Shown here piece by piece: positions 42,108-44,426 of a stretch of 44,426 nt of DNA. Both the position numbers and the translations under genes were made by a program. The notes under the pieces are model-generated. The model was not told the DNA's origin and searched no databases. It saw only the letters and a list, made by a program, of their open reading frames with translations. The stretch is from a virus (taxonomy: Duplodnaviria; Caudoviricetes), in the IMG/VR virus record IMGVR_UViG_3300022862_000008, positions 1 through 44,426 of that record, one strand, 5' to 3'. Every line of letters begins with the position of its first letter. Positions within the stretch are counted from its first letter, which is position 1.

Positions 42108-42215
42108 CTGCCGCCAATCTGGAGATCTCCCCCATGACCCAGCGACACATCAGCCACCCCGAGCCGCTGCCGGACTGCGCCGCCGGCCACAGCGCGCGCC
42201 ATCACCACTTGGAGC

Positions 42216-42440
42216 ATGGTCATGCCCACGAATGAGCTTTGCCTGTCCCGAAAGGAGATGCGCGAGCTGTGCGGAACCCCGCTGAAGGACCGCCAGTTCG
42301 AATTCTTGCGGTCCAACGGCATCCGGCACTACAAAGGGCTGGACGACCGGCCGCGTGTGCTGCGCTCCACGGTCGAGGGCGCCGGCGATGAGGTTGCCGC
42401 CAAGGCAATCGCCACCTGGAAACCGAACAAGGCAGCGTGA
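42216..42440 (+). CDS. Excisionase-like protein (DUF4224-like)
   Basis: LSRKEMREL.G.....RQ..FL..NGI.......RPRV pattern; directly upstream of the integrase. Confidence 0.8.
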   Translation: MVMPTNELCLSRKEMRELCGTPLKDRQFEFLRSNGIRHYKGLDDRPRVLRSTVEGAGDEVAAKAIATWKPNKAA

Positions 42441-43468
42441 TGGGAAGAAAGCCGACCAAGCCGGGGGCCATCCCCCGGTTCCGCGCCCGCAAGCAGAAAT
42501 CGGGCGTGGTGCACTACTACTACGATCTGGGCGGAAAGCCGCGCCGGGAGATGCCGCTGGGCGCCGACTACGGCCTGGCCATCAAGCAGTGGGCTGAGAT
42601 CGAGGGTGACCGCGATGCGCCGGCCGCCGCGGTGCTGACGCTGCGGGTGGTGTGCGACGCCTATCGCCGGGAGGTGATGATCACGAAGGCACCCCGAACC
42701 CAGCAGGACAACGCGAAAGAGATGGCGAACCTGCTGGAGTTCTTCGACGACCCGCCCGGCCCCCTGGACGCGATCCAGCCGGTGACCGTCAGGCAGTACC
42801 TGACGTGGCGGACGAAGGACGGCAAGGGACTGGTGCGCGCGAACCGTGAGAAGGCCCTGCTGTCGCATATCTGGAACTTCGCGCGCGACAAGGGCTACAC
42901 GGCGCTGCCGAACCCCTGCGCGGGCATCAAGGGCTTCAAGGAGACCGGCCGGGACGCCTACATCGAGGAGGAACAGTACCGGGCCATTCGGGCCAGTGCC
43001 GATATCGTGGTTCAAGGCGCGATGGACCTGGCCTACCTCACTGGCCAGCGGCCAGCCGACGTACTGGGGCTCACCGAGATGGATGTCCGCGATGGCGCGA
43101 TCAACATCCGACAGGCGAAGACAAAGGCAAAGCTCCGCATCGCGGTCGAGGGCGAGCTGGCGGCGCTGCTGGACAACCTCCGCGCGCGCAAGGCCGGGCA
43201 CAAGGTCCACAGCACTCGCCTGATCGTGAGCGAACGTGGGCGGCCGGTAACCGTAGCCATGATGTCCAGGCGCTGGGCCAAGGCGTGCGCGGCGGCGGGC
43301 GTGACAGGTTTGCAGTTCCGAGACCTGCGCGCCAAGGCGGCCACCGACAAGGCAGATTCGGCTGGTGACATCCGCCAGGCGCAGCGCCAGCTGGGCCATA
43401 CGAACATCACGATGACCGAGCAGTACATCCGCCAACGACGCGGGCACAAGTCGAGCCCAACGCGGTAG
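42440..43468 (+). CDS. int: Tyrosine integrase
   Basis: TGQRPADVL, FRDLRAKAAT and LGH....MT..Y catalytic motifs; adjacent to att. Confidence 0.95.
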   Translation: MGRKPTKPGAIPRFRARKQKSGVVHYYYDLGGKPRREMPLGADYGLAIKQWAEIEGDRDAPAAAVLTLRVVCDAYRREVMITKAPRTQQDNAKEMANLLEFFDDPPGPLDAIQPVTVRQYLTWRTKDGKGLVRANREKALLSHIWNFARDKGYTALPNPCAGIKGFKETGRDAYIEEEQYRAIRASADIVVQGAMDLAYLTGQRPADVLGLTEMDVRDGAINIRQAKTKAKLRIAVEGELAALLDNLRARKAGHKVHSTRLIVSERGRPVTVAMMSRRWAKACAAAGVTGLQFRDLRAKAATDKADSAGDIRQAQRQLGHTNITMTEQYIRQRRGHKSSPTR

Positions 43469-43586
43469 ATCCCGCTCCGCAATGATCCGGCGGCCATTGG
43501 CGCGCAAGGCCTGCGAAGCCATCACAAGCAACTGTTTGCGGAGCGGAAATAGTCACAAAACCCTTGTGGCACAACGAGTTTGGTTA

Positions 43587-43644
43587 GGACTCAAAATCCG
43601 CCGCCCTTAAAAGCGTGTGGGTTCGAGTCCCACCTTCGGCACCA
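43587..43644 (+). repeat. att core, right copy (displaced 3' part of tRNA-Leu)
   Basis: Exact 58-bp copy of 69-126. Confidence 0.97.
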
Positions 43645-43655
43645 TGGAAAACCAG

Positions 43656-43690
43656 AACGCCCCGGATCGACGGATCCGGGGCGTTTTTTT
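43656..43690 (+). terminator. Original host tRNA terminator
   Basis: AACGCCCCGGATC-GACG-GATCCGGGGCGTT-TTTTT. Confidence 0.9.
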
Positions 43691-43722
43691 CGTTCTGCGG
43701 CGGCTCGACAGCGCCGCGGCGA

Positions 43723-44148
43723 CTACTCCGCCGGCGCAATCGGCGGCAGGGTATGCGGCCGCATGGGCGGCACGGCCGGCACCGCCGGTGCTTCGCGCCA
43801 CAGCAGCACCAGCCGGCAGTCTCCCGCCTTTCGGCGGCACATCGCCTCGGCCTTGCGCTGGGCAGCGGCATCGTCCTGCGCAGAGAGGGCAAAGCCCATC
43901 GCACCCGTGCCCGCATACAGCGCCGAGTATCCAGTTTCCGAGGTGCTCGCCACATTGCTGCAGTTGGATGAGCGCTGCGCGCAGTACCCCAGCGCCTCTT
44001 GCAGGGCCGCGCTGACGCTGCGGTTGTTCATCGAATAGCCGTACGTGCCGGTGTCGGCATCGTAGGACACCGCCGACGCCGCGCCCGCAGCGCAAGGCAT
44101 GGCCAATCCTATGGCCAGCAACATGACCCACCGTGGCGCAATCCGCAT
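43723..44148 (-). CDS. Host exported DUF4189-like protein
   Basis: Signal peptide; G.YGYS.N..S..AA..EAL..C....C repeated motif. Confidence 0.75.
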   Translation of the reverse strand: MRIAPRWVMLLAIGLAMPCAAGAASAVSYDADTGTYGYSMNNRSVSAALQEALGYCAQRSSNCSNVASTSETGYSALYAGTGAMGFALSAQDDAAAQRKAEAMCRRKAGDCRLVLLWREAPAVPAVPPMRPHTLPPIAPAE

Positions 44149-44251
44149 TGTGTACTCCGACCTTGGCGTGAAAGGTGGAGTATCCCAAAGGCCGCGCGCC
44201 GTGTGCATCTCTGTTTACCGCGGCGCGCGGTCAGCGGTTCCCTCACGGCAG

Positions 44252-44426
44252 TCAGACCAGACGCAGTGCGGGCTGGCCAGCAGTGGGATTGAGGTGCGCC
44301 GTGCGAGGCGCACCGGCCCCCGCCACCCGGAACGCAGCCACCGTCTGCAGCAACTGCGTGGACTGCTCTTCCATGCTGCGGGCCGCCGCCGAAGCCTCCT
44401 CCACCAGCGCGGCATTCTGCTGGGTG
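44252..44426 (-). CDS. Host methyl-accepting chemotaxis protein, C-terminal fragment
   Basis: TQQNAALVEEASAAARSMEEQ...L...V..FR signature; runs off the window end. Confidence 0.92.
   Translation of the reverse strand, partial: TQQNAALVEEASAAARSMEEQSTQLLQTVAAFRVAGAGAPRTAHLNPTAGQPALRLV

Larger units (their letters stand above)
69..43644. mobile_element. Complete temperate prophage, P22-like/podovirus-type organisation
   Basis: Bounded by exact 58-bp direct repeats; integrase, repressor, replication, terminase, portal, capsid, ejection and lysis genes present; no tape-measure or tail-sheath gene recognised. Confidence 0.96.

Noticed and set aside
43587-43644. Second tRNA gene
   Set aside because: Lacks the 5' acceptor strand and D-arm; it is the att duplication

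Overview
The window is one apparently complete temperate prophage (about 43.5 kb) of a GC-rich proteobacterium, probably Xanthomonadales such as Stenotrophomonas (inference). It is integrated at the 3' part of tRNA-Leu(CAA), with an exact 58-bp att repeat at 69-126 and 43587-43644, and is followed by host DUF4189-like and MCP genes. The organisation is P22-like and podovirus-like. The minus strand carries replication/nin, terminase, portal, scaffold, capsid, tail/ejection, lysis and tail-fibre genes. The plus strand carries the repressor and an early operon (RecT/YqaJ, xis, int). Two accessory systems stand out. (1) Downstream of an mnt/arc/ant module lies a stand-alone RAMP/Cas7-like gene, a coupled partner gene and a non-coding array of 23 GGY-NN pentamers closed by a terminator. 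This is a candidate non-CRISPR RNA-guided system. (2) A complete diversity-generating retroelement (avd, TR inside the RT ORF, RT) diversifies two separate small DUF1566 proteins in the early operon rather than a tail fibre; all 33 VR/TR mismatches fall at TR adenines. Regulatory architecture is also readable: OR/OL operators, a CII-type pRE, ant-region operators, a recurring late-promoter motif and several probable leaderless genes. All protein assignments come from motif recognition by eye; no database search was run.
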